Under the pieces are notes generated by a model that did no database searches, was not told where the DNA came from, and saw nothing but the letters and a program-made list of their open reading frames with translations. A stretch of 62,068 nt of DNA, filler included, from Candidatus Woesearchaeota archaeon (GTDB taxonomy: Archaea > Nanobdellota > Nanobdellia > Woesearchaeales > BM511): NCBI GenBank assembly GCA_023266675.1. It is 5 parts of 5 records of this genome, joined end to end, with 100 filler letters (N's around TTAATTAATTAA, not from the genome) between each part and the next. Parts side by side here need not be neighbours in the genome. Positions count along the whole stretch, not along the records: positions 22,025 to 43,458 come from JAHFPP010000016.1; 4 more parts are not named here. The stretch is one strand, 5' to 3'. A program made the position numbers and the translations under genes. Positions 29,109-39,123 of the stretch are shown piece after piece (the stretch's first letter is position 1; each line of letters starts with the position of its first letter).

Positions 29109-30023
29109 TCATTTCTTAAATATCCATTCAAGCGACTGTTTTAACGGTTCATACATCTTGTCGCAATATCCGTGACCGCATCCTTCAACTCTAAAGAATT
29201 TTTTTGGCTCATTTGCATTATCAAATGTTAATTTAGCATCTTCAATCTTAATCGTGCTATCATTTGTTGCATGAATCATAATAAAATCTCTTGGAGAAAT
29301 CATTTTCACATAATTGTCTGCATCAATTGAGCTCAAAAATGAGTCATAAGGCATATTTTCTTCTTTATAATGAAAACCACTTGTGCTTATCCCTACATAC
29401 CCTTTAATTCTGTCATCAAGCGCTGCAGCAATCATGGAATATCTGCCACCCATGCTTTCACCGCTCATTATGATATTAGAAGAATCAATAGACTCTATTT
29501 TTCTCATGACGTCAAACGCCTTCAATGCGTCATAGACACTTAAAAATTGAATAGGTTCATCCCCCTTTGCAAACACGCCATAATCCTCCTGAATACCTAA
29601 ATAATATCCACCTGTCTCGCCGATTCCTCTTTGGTCTATTGTTAACACAGCATACCCAAGATTTGCAATAATCTCTGCAACTCTGCCTTCAGACTCTTTT
29701 GTGACGCCACCACCCGGCAAAAGCACAACTCCTGGAACTTTTCCTTCTGTTTTAGGTAAAAAAAGTAGTCCATGAATTGTTGTTTTATATGTTAAAAAGT
29801 TTCTACTTTGGTAAATTACATTATAAATATCAAAAGTCTCGTTTTTCTGTTTTAAAAACATCTCAAACTCAGGTTTCCCTCTGTTTTTTTCATAAACAAG
29901 TTTATCATCTTTAAAGCTGTAAGATTCCTTTGTCAGATTATGATAAACTACATAGCTTAAACCAGCTAACAGAATTAATAACAAAACTACCAGGATAATA
30001 ACCTTTAATTTCTTTTTTTTCAT
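29109..30023 (-). CDS. membrane-anchored alpha/beta hydrolase (acetylxylan esterase/DLH-like)
   Basis: N-terminal TM, DQRGIGET, nucleophile GESMGG, D and GH triad residues. Confidence 0.88.
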   Translation of the reverse strand: MKKKKLKVIILVVLLLILLAGLSYVVYHNLTKESYSFKDDKLVYEKNRGKPEFEMFLKQKNETFDIYNVIYQSRNFLTYKTTIHGLLFLPKTEGKVPGVVLLPGGGVTKESEGRVAEIIANLGYAVLTIDQRGIGETGGYYLGIQEDYGVFAKGDEPIQFLSVYDALKAFDVMRKIESIDSSNIIMSGESMGGRYSMIAAALDDRIKGYVGISTSGFHYKEENMPYDSFLSSIDADNYVKMISPRDFIMIHATNDSTIKIEDAKLTFDNANEPKKFFRVEGCGHGYCDKMYEPLKQSLEWIFKK

Positions 30024-30086
30024 GATTAAGATGTACCACAACATATTGTTAACTTAATATTAAATCAGAAAAATATTAAAAAAAAA

Positions 30087-30245
30087 TTATTTCTGATTAT
30101 CTTCAACAAACTTTTTAATATCATCCAGATGCTCAAGGATAAGTTTTGCCTTATTTACCCCAAAAGAAAAAGGATAAGTATCATCTGCGGTTTTTTTTAA
30201 AACCAGTATCTTATTTCCTTTAAATTCGCTTATTTCTACTACCAT
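30087..30245 (-). CDS. small conserved-looking protein (52 aa); not in ORF track
   Basis: MVVEISEFKGNKILVLKKTADDTYPFSFGVNKAKLILEHLDDIKKFVEDNQK with GAGGTG SD. Confidence 0.8.
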   Translation of the reverse strand: MVVEISEFKGNKILVLKKTADDTYPFSFGVNKAKLILEHLDDIKKFVEDNQK

Positions 30246-30370
30246 ATTATTGCACCTCAAATGCTTTTATTCAACAAAAAACTTAAAGTACTATAAAAGT
30301 GTTTTGTATCTCACCAATCAAACAATGAATTTCAAAAAATATAAATACTACCTGTTCAATAACATATGTT

Positions 30371-30556
30371 ATGGGATATTACTGTACAAACTGCAATTAT
30401 AAATATACTAAGGATAATAAGATGCCTGCAAAATGCCCTTACTGTTCAAGTGCGGGGACAATAAAAAAGTCTCAGACAGCACAGGATTTATTAAACTCCA
30501 TCACAGACGAGATGGAAGTTGTTGAACAGTCAAGAAAAGAGCGTTCAGCAAGATAA
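30371..30556 (+). CDS. small zinc-ribbon protein
   Basis: CTNC..CPYC. Confidence 0.75.
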   Translation: MGYYCTNCNYKYTKDNKMPAKCPYCSSAGTIKKSQTAQDLLNSITDEMEVVEQSRKERSAR

Positions 30557-30632
30557 CTTTCTTTTATCTACTTTAATTATATAATTAGAAATCTTTTTAT
30601 ATATTCGTTAAACTCTTTAAATTATAATAAAA

Positions 30633-30738
30633 GGTGAGTTAATTTATTAACTCGCCATGTTTTGATTAAATCCAAGAAAACTTTTTAGTTTTCTGGACAC
30701 AAGAAACTTTTAGTTTCTTTGTGTTTTATTAAAACTTT
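30633..30738 (-). repeat. dispersed double-hairpin element, copy E6, with two nested hairpin modules
   Basis: Minus strand: AAAGTTTTAATAAAA[CACAAAGAAACT-AAA-AGTTTCTTGTG TCCAGAAAACT-AAAA-AGTTTTCTTGGA]TTTAATCAAAACAT-GGCGAGTTAAT-AA-ATTAACTCACC. Confidence 0.75.
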
Positions 30739-30756
30739 GGGCTCGTGGTCTAGTGG
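30739..30756 (+). repeat. exact 18-bp duplicate of the tRNA-Val 5' end
   Basis: GGGCTCGTGGTCTAGTGG identical to 30834-30851. Confidence 0.9.
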
Positions 30757-30757
30757 T

Positions 30758-30808
30758 GACCTTTTAAAAAAGCTCAAGCAAAACACGGCGAATTCAAAAG
30801 AATTCACC
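30758..30808 (+). repeat. dispersed double-hairpin element, copy E3
   Basis: GACCTTTTAAAAAAGCTC-AAGCAAAACAC-GGCGAATTC-AAAA-GAATTCACC. Confidence 0.75.
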
Positions 30809-30833
30809 TAAATTTAGAATCAAAATCATTGAA

Positions 30834-30965
<132 letters not shown>

Positions 30966-30969
30966 ATAT

Positions 30970-31029
30970 GGTGTCGTTTAAGCCAAGCTTAAGCGACTTT
31001 GTTTTGTTTAACCTTTTCTTAAAAGGTTA
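30970..31029 (-). repeat. dispersed double-hairpin element, copy E4
   Basis: Minus strand: TAACCTTTTAAGAAAAGGTTA-AACAAAACAAA-GTCGCTTAAGC-TTG-GCTTAAACGAC-ACC. Confidence 0.72.
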
Positions 31030-31039
31030 GGGGTGCTAG

Positions 31040-31555
31040 ATGGAACTTCCACAGTATACTATGTATCTATCTATAAAACGAATTCTTATTCCAAAAGCCA
31101 TTATGCTGATCTTTCTTGGAGGGTTTCTTTATTTTGGCGTCTGGTTAAATTTGATTATACTCAATATTTACATACCTGCAGAAGTACATTTTTACATCTT
31201 ACTCGGGATAGCCGTTCTTGTCTGCATACAGGGAATATTAAATTATATGAAATACTCCTCATACAGGTACCTTTTTTATAAAGACCGTATGATTTTTCAA
31301 GGTAAAAATAATTTGACAATACTTTACTCAGAGATAAAAACCCTTGACTTTAAAAAAAATGCACTAGACTACATTTTTAACACTGGTATAATAAACATAT
31401 ATCCAAAACACCAGATGAATTATGTGGAAAATACAAATCAGATCTATTTTTATATGCAAAAGCTTATTGATTATTCAAGACAACTGTCTGGATATGCGCA
31501 GCAACAGAATACATATCAGCAAAATCAGGTGTATTACAAAGAGCAGTTAAGATAA
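31040..31555 (+). CDS. 2-TM protein with bacterial PH-like domain
   Basis: Two TM helices, then YRYLFYKDRM..YSEIK..LDYIFNTGII. Confidence 0.75.
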   Translation: MELPQYTMYLSIKRILIPKAIMLIFLGGFLYFGVWLNLIILNIYIPAEVHFYILLGIAVLVCIQGILNYMKYSSYRYLFYKDRMIFQGKNNLTILYSEIKTLDFKKNALDYIFNTGIINIYPKHQMNYVENTNQIYFYMQKLIDYSRQLSGYAQQQNTYQQNQVYYKEQLR

Positions 31556-32095
31556 TTTTTTATTAATCTTTCTCAGTTTTAATTTTTTCTTCTCTTTATT
31601 TTCCCTATAAACAACCACTGCTCTTTTAATAACTAGATAAGAAAGACACGATAATAATATAGCAAGAATGGTGTTTCCTATAAAATATTGCTGAAGAAGT
31701 ATAATATTCTGTTTTAAAAAATTAAAAACGTTATTAAAACTAAACGGTCTGATTTTTAATACTTCAATAAGCTCATATCCACCAGCACGAATTGTTGTTT
31801 CTGTATCAGAGTTAAATAATAATCTTCCTATATTATAACTCAAATAATAAACAGGTATCATCATAATGAAGTTCCAGAATGCAAGTCCTGCAATTGCAGC
31901 TATCTTATTCAGCTTTTTGTAGAAAATCATTAAACCAAAAACGATGAATAGCCCTAAAAAAAATGTAGGAAAAACAGCGATGAATGTTCCTATAGCAAAA
32001 CTTAATGCAATTGAATGCGGAGTTGATTTCTGCTTTATAGCTTTATGCGCATGATGTGTAATATGCTTTCTAAACTTGTGATAGTATTTTTTCAT
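31547..32095 (-). CDS. DUF2062-family membrane protein
   Basis: TPHSIALSFAIGTFIAVFPT, KLNKIAA, VYYLSYNIGRLL. Confidence 0.85.
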   Translation of the reverse strand: MKKYYHKFRKHITHHAHKAIKQKSTPHSIALSFAIGTFIAVFPTFFLGLFIVFGLMIFYKKLNKIAAIAGLAFWNFIMMIPVYYLSYNIGRLLFNSDTETTIRAGGYELIEVLKIRPFSFNNVFNFLKQNIILLQQYFIGNTILAILLSCLSYLVIKRAVVVYRENKEKKKLKLRKINKKLS

Positions 32096-32143
32096 ATTAA
32101 CTTATCCCAACCAATTTCATTTTAATATTTTTTTCTCCGGATG

Positions 32144-33229
32144 TTAAAACTTTATAAAATGCAGCGTTGGAATAATTTTTCTTGCATCATCCAATTTTTT
32201 TTCAAATGTATACATAAATTCAGCAATTTTTTCGCATGTTAACTTTTTTAGCTCACCAGAAGTCATCTTTCCAGATTTATATGCATCATAAATTTTTCCA
32301 AGTTCCTCATCATCCTCAATAAGATGCTGTTTTAATAGCTCAAATGCCATATCTTTATCAACTTCAGCGCCAAGACGTTTATGTTCTTCAAGTGTGTCGC
32401 GACCTCCTGAAAGAGCCTTCATTATCTTTTTAGTTACAACTTTAACATCTTCAGGAAGTTCTATACACGATTCTGGTTTTGACTTACTCATCTTCATACT
32501 TCCATCAAGGGAAGGCGTATACTTATGGTATATTGATGAAGGGAGATAAAACTTTTTCTCTTTAGTACGCCTTACAATATCTCTTGTGAGTCTTATATGT
32601 GGATCTTGGTCTACGCCAACAGGGATAATGCCGGGCATCCTCTCTTTTAACTGCGGATAAAGTATGTCTCCTACCTGAGTCACAGCGCTCATTATCCTTC
32701 CAGGGTCAGCGTTTCCATAAATCGCTTCAAACTCGTTTAATGTAATCTTCTTTGCAAACTCATATGCTAGATGCACAACTTCCTTGTTTTCTGACTGAAA
32801 GTAAAATGTGGTCTTCTTTGGGTCAAGTCCGAGTGCAATATATGCGGGTATCTGAAATTCAAGCGCCCTTTTTTTTGCTTCTTCAAGCGATACGCCTCTT
32901 GCTGCTGCAGCTTCAAGGTCTGCAATTAGAATATATGCCTTTGCACCATGGGACTGAAAATAAGCTATCTGTTCAACAACCTGCTTTGTGCCAAAATGAA
33001 TTTTGTCATTTGTAGGCATTATCCCTGAAAGAACATAAAACGGCTTTTTATGTTTAATACAATCTGAAATAACTTTTAAGTCTCGTCCTGCAAAAACAAC
33101 GCCTCTGCGCATTAATCTATTTGGAGCAGGAAACAATGAATTATCAAAATGTTCAAGTCCAAACTCATTTATTATTTTTTCATAATCCTTGATTAATACA
33201 GAACCATAAGGGTCTATTATTTTTGTCAT
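32144..33229 (-). CDS. trpS: tryptophan--tRNA ligase (archaeal type)
   Basis: RRGVVFAGRD, SGIMP..HFGT, PVGVDQDPH, KMSKS, ALSGG. Confidence 0.95.
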   Translation of the reverse strand: MTKIIDPYGSVLIKDYEKIINEFGLEHFDNSLFPAPNRLMRRGVVFAGRDLKVISDCIKHKKPFYVLSGIMPTNDKIHFGTKQVVEQIAYFQSHGAKAYILIADLEAAAARGVSLEEAKKRALEFQIPAYIALGLDPKKTTFYFQSENKEVVHLAYEFAKKITLNEFEAIYGNADPGRIMSAVTQVGDILYPQLKERMPGIIPVGVDQDPHIRLTRDIVRRTKEKKFYLPSSIYHKYTPSLDGSMKMSKSKPESCIELPEDVKVVTKKIMKALSGGRDTLEEHKRLGAEVDKDMAFELLKQHLIEDDEELGKIYDAYKSGKMTSGELKKLTCEKIAEFMYTFEKKLDDARKIIPTLHFIKF

Positions 33230-33643
33230 AATACCTCAAAATAATTGACGTATATAAATGTAGCGAAAATTGTTATAACCTTTTATCATTTTAAAAGATC
33301 ACTATTATCATCACATAATTAATCTACAACAAAATACTAATTCTTAAATATGTCCTGTTGTTTTTTTAATTTAATATAAAAATAATAAGGGTAGTTGAAA
33401 TCAATGAGTATAGATAATGTTGTGGCGCTTGAGGTAATTGCAGCTAAAAAAAGAGCAGATTTTATGATACTTCGCAGCAGATTGAATAATCCCGATACGT
33501 GTTCTAACTATTCCAGATGTTATAGCGCTGGAAACAGATTAATGTCACAAACATGCGTTCCCAAAGGATGTACAACATACAAAATTTTGCTTAACATACC
33601 AATATATAAAGAATAAATTATAAATAAAAAATATAATTAATGT

Positions 33644-34369
33644 TTATGTAAGAACGTAAAGCACATCTTCTTCAGTGACTTTGTCTTCACCTTTTTCTTC
33701 AACAACATATCTTGAGATATCTTCCAGATATTCAAGCATTCTTCTTGGATTTTTCCCTGATTTTTCAAAGATAAGCTTTGTAACTTTTGGAGAAATAAAC
33801 CTTGATTCCTTGCCGAGCCTGTCTTTAACTATCTTTATTGCGTGGTTTTCAGTTAAAAGTTCGCCAAGCATTACTATTTGGTCTCCAATCCTTCTTTTAA
33901 GGCCTGCAGTCATATTCATTTTTCTCATATCGTCGCTTACAAGGACTACAGACTTGAAATATCCATCATCAATAAGTGTTTCGATTTTTTCGCAGTCATG
34001 AAGAGTTAATTTCTGGGCTTCATCAACCATTAACAAAAGTTCTTTTGGTTTTATTCCGAAAAGTCTTCCTATTGGACCTGCTCTCCCTTTGATTAGAGCA
34101 TCAAAGTCAACACCACCGTCTCCTCTATTTGCTGAATAATATATCAGTTTTCTCTTACCTTTAAACTCGTTTATTATCTGCTTTAGCGTGGCTGTCTTTC
34201 CAACACCATAATCTCCTTCAATAAAAACAACCTTCCCTTTTTTTAAAACAGCATTTATCTTTTTAATGTAATTTTTATATCCTTGTAAATTGTCTTCAAA
34301 AGCGTAGGGTTTTATCATGAATGGGTTTTCTTTATAACCTAATTTTTCAAACCATGTTTTTTCTTCCAT
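33644..34369 (-). CDS. ExeA/GspA-like AAA+ ATPase
   Basis: WFEKLGYKENPF, GDYGVGKT, LLMVDEAQ, SGKNPR. Confidence 0.85.
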   Translation of the reverse strand: MEEKTWFEKLGYKENPFMIKPYAFEDNLQGYKNYIKKINAVLKKGKVVFIEGDYGVGKTATLKQIINEFKGKRKLIYYSANRGDGGVDFDALIKGRAGPIGRLFGIKPKELLLMVDEAQKLTLHDCEKIETLIDDGYFKSVVLVSDDMRKMNMTAGLKRRIGDQIVMLGELLTENHAIKIVKDRLGKESRFISPKVTKLIFEKSGKNPRRMLEYLEDISRYVVEEKGEDKVTEEDVLYVLT

Positions 34370-34380
34370 TTCTTCACCTT

Positions 34381-35322
34381 CTATTCATCAAAATCAACGC
34401 CACATTCAGGGCATGATTCATCTTCTGACTCAACTATATTCCCGCATTCTGTGCAGAATGTATCGCAATTCTCGCACCTGTAATATTCGCCGAATTTCTT
34501 TAATTCACCTTGGCAATCTTCGCATGTTTTGGTTTCTATTGAAACTTCTTTTTCATGGTCAATTATTTCTGCAAAGCTCTTTACTTTTTCAGCGTCTTTT
34601 GTAAGCGCCTTTTCAATCATCTGTTTTGTTATTCTCTTATTTTTTCCTGAACCGGCTAACTCACAGACAAGATATGTGTCCATCAAAAATTTTTTCAAGT
34701 CACCATTTGAATGAGAATAGATATCCTTTATTGTAGAATCAGATAATAATCCGCTGTTCTTCTCGCCAAGCCTATCTTTTATCATTTCTGCAGCTGTATC
34801 CTCAGATAGCGGATTTAATTTAATAACTCTTTTTCCGATTCTGCTTCTAACACTGTCAGTAAATTCTGCAGATTCATAATTTTTACCTGTGAAAATAACG
34901 CTCTTAAGGTAATTCTGATCAAACAAATATTTTATTCGTTCATTATTGAGTTTTGACAGTTCTTCAACGTTGTCAAGTAAAAGTATCATATCTTTAGGGT
35001 ATCTTTCCTTTGTCGGATTCAGTTTTTTTGCACCTGATAAGACTTCCTCAATATTTAACTTTTTATTCACTGCATTCGAGTCAACATAAATGACCTTTCC
35101 CTTTCCTTTAAAATTGTCAATCGCATGTTTTAAAAGTGCAGTTTTTCCGCTGCCTTTGGCGCCTTCTATAAACAGCATATTCTGAGAAACAATCCTATAA
35201 ACAACTTCCTTTGACTCTTTGTCTCTGTCAAATAATGTTCTAGCTACATCATTTAAAGGATCTATTTCAAAAGGATTTTTTTCCAAACCTATTTTTTCAT
35301 ACCAACTTTTCACATATACCAC
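34381..35322 (-). CDS. ExeA-like AAA+ ATPase paralogue with C-terminal zinc ribbons
   Basis: WYEKIGLEKNPF, GAKGSGKT, Walker B LLLDNVE, CEDC/CENC/CTEC/CPEC. Confidence 0.85.
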   Translation of the reverse strand: MVYVKSWYEKIGLEKNPFEIDPLNDVARTLFDRDKESKEVVYRIVSQNMLFIEGAKGSGKTALLKHAIDNFKGKGKVIYVDSNAVNKKLNIEEVLSGAKKLNPTKERYPKDMILLLDNVEELSKLNNERIKYLFDQNYLKSVIFTGKNYESAEFTDSVRSRIGKRVIKLNPLSEDTAAEMIKDRLGEKNSGLLSDSTIKDIYSHSNGDLKKFLMDTYLVCELAGSGKNKRITKQMIEKALTKDAEKVKSFAEIIDHEKEVSIETKTCEDCQGELKKFGEYYRCENCDTFCTECGNIVESEDESCPECGVDFDE

Positions 35323-35824
35323 CCTTGATTTTATTTTAAGGAACGCCTCTTATATTTAAACTTTATTATTAGATTGTTATTTTATAGTAGAAACTTAATG
35401 TATCGCTTATTTAGTAAATCTTTATTATTCTCGACAAATCTAGTGGATAATAATTGTTTAAAAAAATTGCTTATAATTAAACAAACTCTTTATTCTAACT
35501 AAAACGACAAAATTTAAGTTATTTTCTTATCTAAACTGCTTATCTCAATACTCTTTCTCACGTCTTATCTATAATGTATCTGCTGGATATTACAAATCTT
35601 TATAAATAATCATAATTTTTTACAATTTTTAAGATGAGAAATTCGGGGATCTTAAAGAAAAATAAGTTATATACCAAAAATAAGTTATGTACATATACTT
35701 CTTCCATAACTAATCAATATCACTCAATTTATTATTTTTTCACCACGCTGTCTCGCACGCAACATTCATCAAATAACCTCAAATTTAATATTTTTACAAA
35801 AAATTATGCTAAAGGTGGGGTTAC

Positions 35825-36889
35825 ATGAGAAAAATAAACGAAATAGACATAAACTATGCTGAGATGTGGGAAGATTTAAACAAAAAAAATGAAGAGTTTG
35901 AAAAGATTTTAATCCAGCTTCAGGGAAATGACAGACTTTCAACAAAAAACATAATCAGCATTGATGATATGACTCTTGATGACATAAAACTGATATTTAG
36001 AATCACATGGCCATTTAAAGAACGGTTTTTAGTAAGGGAAACAAAAAAAATTCCGCTTCTCAAGGGAAAAAGCATTATAAATTTCTTTTTTGAAACAAGC
36101 ACAAGAACAAGAGTTTCTTTTGAACTTGCAGGAAAACATCTAAACGCTGACACAATAAATATCTCTGCAAGCGCGTCAAGCATGAGTAAAAAAGGAGAAA
36201 CACTAAAAGACACAGCACAGACGCTTAACGCAATGAAAGCAGACTGTGTAATACTAAGACATTCAAAGGCTGGAACACCTGAACTAATAGCAAAAGAGCT
36301 TGACTGCCCGGTAATCAACGCGGGTGACGGATGGCATGAACACCCAACACAAGCACTTCTTGATGCGTTTACAATATGTGACAAACTTGGAACATTAAGA
36401 GGCAAAACAGTATTAATTGTTGGAGACATAACCCACAGCAGAGTAGCAGGCTCATTAATTAGAATTGTAAAAAAGATGAATGGAAACATAAGAATAGCAG
36501 GCCCACCAACATTGATACCTGAAGGAATTGAAGAAGCATTTGGAGTAAAAGTCTATTATAATCTTGACGAAGCAATAAAAGACGTTGATGTTGTCTACGC
36601 ATTAAGGATACAGCTTGAAAGAGCTGCTGGTGGCGACATACCAAGCGTTAGGGAATACTCAAAAAATTTCGTAATAAACCCTGACAGACTAAAACTTGCA
36701 AAAAAAGATGCAATTGTTATGCACCCCGGACCAATTAACCGTGAAATTGACCTTCGCTCAGAAGTGATGGACGGACCACAATCCGTTGTTGAAGAACAGG
36801 TCACAAACGGATTCTGTGTAAGGCTTGCACTGCTTCATCTCTTAATAAGAGGCAATCCAAGAACAGACTTTAAGGGGGAAAGAAAATGA
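35825..36889 (+). CDS. pyrB: aspartate carbamoyltransferase catalytic subunit
   Basis: FFETSTRT, KGETLKDT, NAGDG.HEHPTQ, RIQLER, MHPGP. Confidence 0.97.
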   Translation: MRKINEIDINYAEMWEDLNKKNEEFEKILIQLQGNDRLSTKNIISIDDMTLDDIKLIFRITWPFKERFLVRETKKIPLLKGKSIINFFFETSTRTRVSFELAGKHLNADTINISASASSMSKKGETLKDTAQTLNAMKADCVILRHSKAGTPELIAKELDCPVINAGDGWHEHPTQALLDAFTICDKLGTLRGKTVLIVGDITHSRVAGSLIRIVKKMNGNIRIAGPPTLIPEGIEEAFGVKVYYNLDEAIKDVDVVYALRIQLERAAGGDIPSVREYSKNFVINPDRLKLAKKDAIVMHPGPINREIDLRSEVMDGPQSVVEEQVTNGFCVRLALLHLLIRGNPRTDFKGERK

Positions 36890-38181
36890 AACTTCTAATC
36901 AAAAATGGCACAGTAATTGATCCTAAAAATAAGATAAACTCAAAAAAAGATGTTTTAATAGTAAACGGAAAAATAGAGAAAATAGCGAACAAAATAACAA
37001 CTGAAAAAGATACAGAGGTAATTGACGCAAATGGACTAATAGTTGCACCAGGATTCATTGATATGCACGTTCATCTGCGTGAACCTGGACGAGAAGATAA
37101 AGAAACAATAGCTACAGCAACACGCTCAGCTGCAAGAGGCGGACTTACAACAATAGTAGGCATGCCAAACACAACACCTAATGCTGACGACCAGACAGTC
37201 ATAGGATACGTTGTATCGATGGCTGCAAAAGAGGGGATTGTAAACGTTTACCCGGTAGGTTCACTTACCAAAAAAAGCGAAGGAAAAGAACTAGCACAAA
37301 TAGGCGACTTAAAACGCGCAGGTGCAATCGCAGTAAGCGATGACGGACGAGGAGTTCAAAGCGCGGCACTAATGAAAAAAGCAATGGAATACCTAAAAAA
37401 GTTTGATCTGCCAATAATCAGCCATTCTGAAGATGAGCATTTCGGCGAAGACTGGGCAATGCATGAAGGAATAGTCTCAACAAAACTTGGGCTTGCAGGA
37501 AAACCTCCAGCAGCCGAAGACGTAATAATTGCAAGAGATATAGTCTTATCACAGGCAACAGGATACCCAATACACTTTACGCACATAAACTCTATTGGTT
37601 CAGTTGAAATGATAAGGGATGCAAAAAAACGAGGAATAAAAGTGACATGCGACACATGCCCTCACTATTTCACTCTGACTGATGAAGCAGTGATAGGATA
37701 TAATCCAATGGCAAAAATGAACCCGCCTTTACGACCAAAAGAACACTTAGATGAGATAAAAAAAGGTTTAAAAGACGGCACAATTGACGCCATAAGCACT
37801 GACCACGCACCTCACCTTCTGGTAGAAAAATACTATGAATTTGATGACTGCGAAAACGGCATTGTAGGATTTGAAACATCAATAGCATTGACAATGACTC
37901 ACCTAGTCCATAAAAAAATAATCTCGACGGAACAGATGGTTATGCTCATGTCAACAAATCCGGCAGATATACTCAAACTAAAAAACAAAGGACATCTTTC
38001 AGTTGGCGCAGACGCAGACATAACTATAATCGATTCGGATAAGGAAGAGGTTATCGATAAAGCTCTTTTTGAATCAAAAGGAAAAAACACACCATTTGAC
38101 GGCTGGGCGCTTAAAGGAATACCTGTTTATACAATTGTCTGTGGAAAAGTAGTTATGAAAGACAGAAAAATAGTTGTATAA
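36886..38181 (+). CDS. pyrC: dihydroorotase (multifunctional-complex type)
   Basis: DMHVHLREPG, MPNT, KMNPPLR, TDHAPH, SKGKNTPF. Confidence 0.96.
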   Translation: MKLLIKNGTVIDPKNKINSKKDVLIVNGKIEKIANKITTEKDTEVIDANGLIVAPGFIDMHVHLREPGREDKETIATATRSAARGGLTTIVGMPNTTPNADDQTVIGYVVSMAAKEGIVNVYPVGSLTKKSEGKELAQIGDLKRAGAIAVSDDGRGVQSAALMKKAMEYLKKFDLPIISHSEDEHFGEDWAMHEGIVSTKLGLAGKPPAAEDVIIARDIVLSQATGYPIHFTHINSIGSVEMIRDAKKRGIKVTCDTCPHYFTLTDEAVIGYNPMAKMNPPLRPKEHLDEIKKGLKDGTIDAISTDHAPHLLVEKYYEFDDCENGIVGFETSIALTMTHLVHKKIISTEQMVMLMSTNPADILKLKNKGHLSVGADADITIIDSDKEEVIDKALFESKGKNTPFDGWALKGIPVYTIVCGKVVMKDRKIVV

Positions 38182-38205
38182 ATAAAAGGATAATAAAACT
38201 AAAAA

Positions 38206-39123
38206 ATGCTAAAAACCAATATATGCGGCGTAAGACTTTCAAACCCCACAGTTCTTGCTTCAGGAATTGTTGGAGTAACTGCCGCTTCACTTATTAATGC
38301 AGCAGACAACGGCGCAGGCGCAGTAACTACAAAATCAATAAGCATCAATGAACGAAAAGGGCACACTGCGCCAGTGATTCTATCAACAAAAAGTTTCACA
38401 ATAAACGCTGTTGGATTATCAAATGCAGGAATAGAGGACTCACTTCCTGAGATAGAATTTGCAGTAAGACACTCAAAATCACCTGTGATTGCAAGCATAT
38501 TTGCAAATAAAATAAACGATTTTGGAATACTTGCAGAAAGAATATCAACTGTAAAACCTCAGCTTATCGAAGTTAACATCTCCTGTCCAAATGTGGATGC
38601 AGAATTTGGAAAACCATTCTCAATTGACCCAGATGCCGCAGCAGAAGTAACGGCTAAAGTCAAAGAAAACACCAAAATTCCTGTAATAATCAAACTGTCA
38701 CCAAATGTCCTTGACATAAAATTAATCGCAAAAGCGGTTGAAGAAGCAGGCGCAGACGCAATTACAGCAATAAACACGCTTGGCCCAGGGATGAGCATAG
38801 ATATTAGGACAAAGATGCCAATACTCTCAAACAAATTTGGTGGAATCTCAGGTCCTGCAATAAAACCCATAGCAGTAAAGGCAGTTTATGACATCTACCA
38901 AACAGTAAAAATCCCAATAATAGGCACCGGTGGCATCAACAATGCAGAAGATGCTTTGGAGATGATGATGGCAGGCGCATCAGCTATAGGAATTGGAAGC
39001 GGAGTCTATTACGAAGGAATTGAAGTCTTCAAAAAAGTAACTGATGACATGGAAAAATTCATGAAAAAAGAAGGATATTCAAGTTTAAAAGATATAATTG
39101 GGGCAGCTCACAATGTGCGTTGA
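38206..39123 (+). CDS. pyrD: dihydroorotate dehydrogenase class 1B catalytic subunit
   Basis: NAVGLSN, EVNISCPN, IKLSPN, AINT, GGISGPAIKP. Confidence 0.96.
   Translation: MLKTNICGVRLSNPTVLASGIVGVTAASLINAADNGAGAVTTKSISINERKGHTAPVILSTKSFTINAVGLSNAGIEDSLPEIEFAVRHSKSPVIASIFANKINDFGILAERISTVKPQLIEVNISCPNVDAEFGKPFSIDPDAAAEVTAKVKENTKIPVIIKLSPNVLDIKLIAKAVEEAGADAITAINTLGPGMSIDIRTKMPILSNKFGGISGPAIKPIAVKAVYDIYQTVKIPIIGTGGINNAEDALEMMMAGASAIGIGSGVYYEGIEVFKKVTDDMEKFMKKEGYSSLKDIIGAAHNVR

Noticed and set aside
30739..30756. Split-tRNA half
   Set aside because: Only 18 nt, no complementary trans-splicing extension, and an intact tRNA-Val follows
33275..33302. Possible seventh hairpin element (AACCTTTTATCATTTTAAAAGATC)
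   Set aside because: Lacks the CAAAA spacer and second hairpin, and overlaps a promoter-like tract
33395..33616. 73-aa ORF between trpS and the AAA pair
   Set aside because: TTG start, no motif and short; cannot be distinguished from a chance ORF
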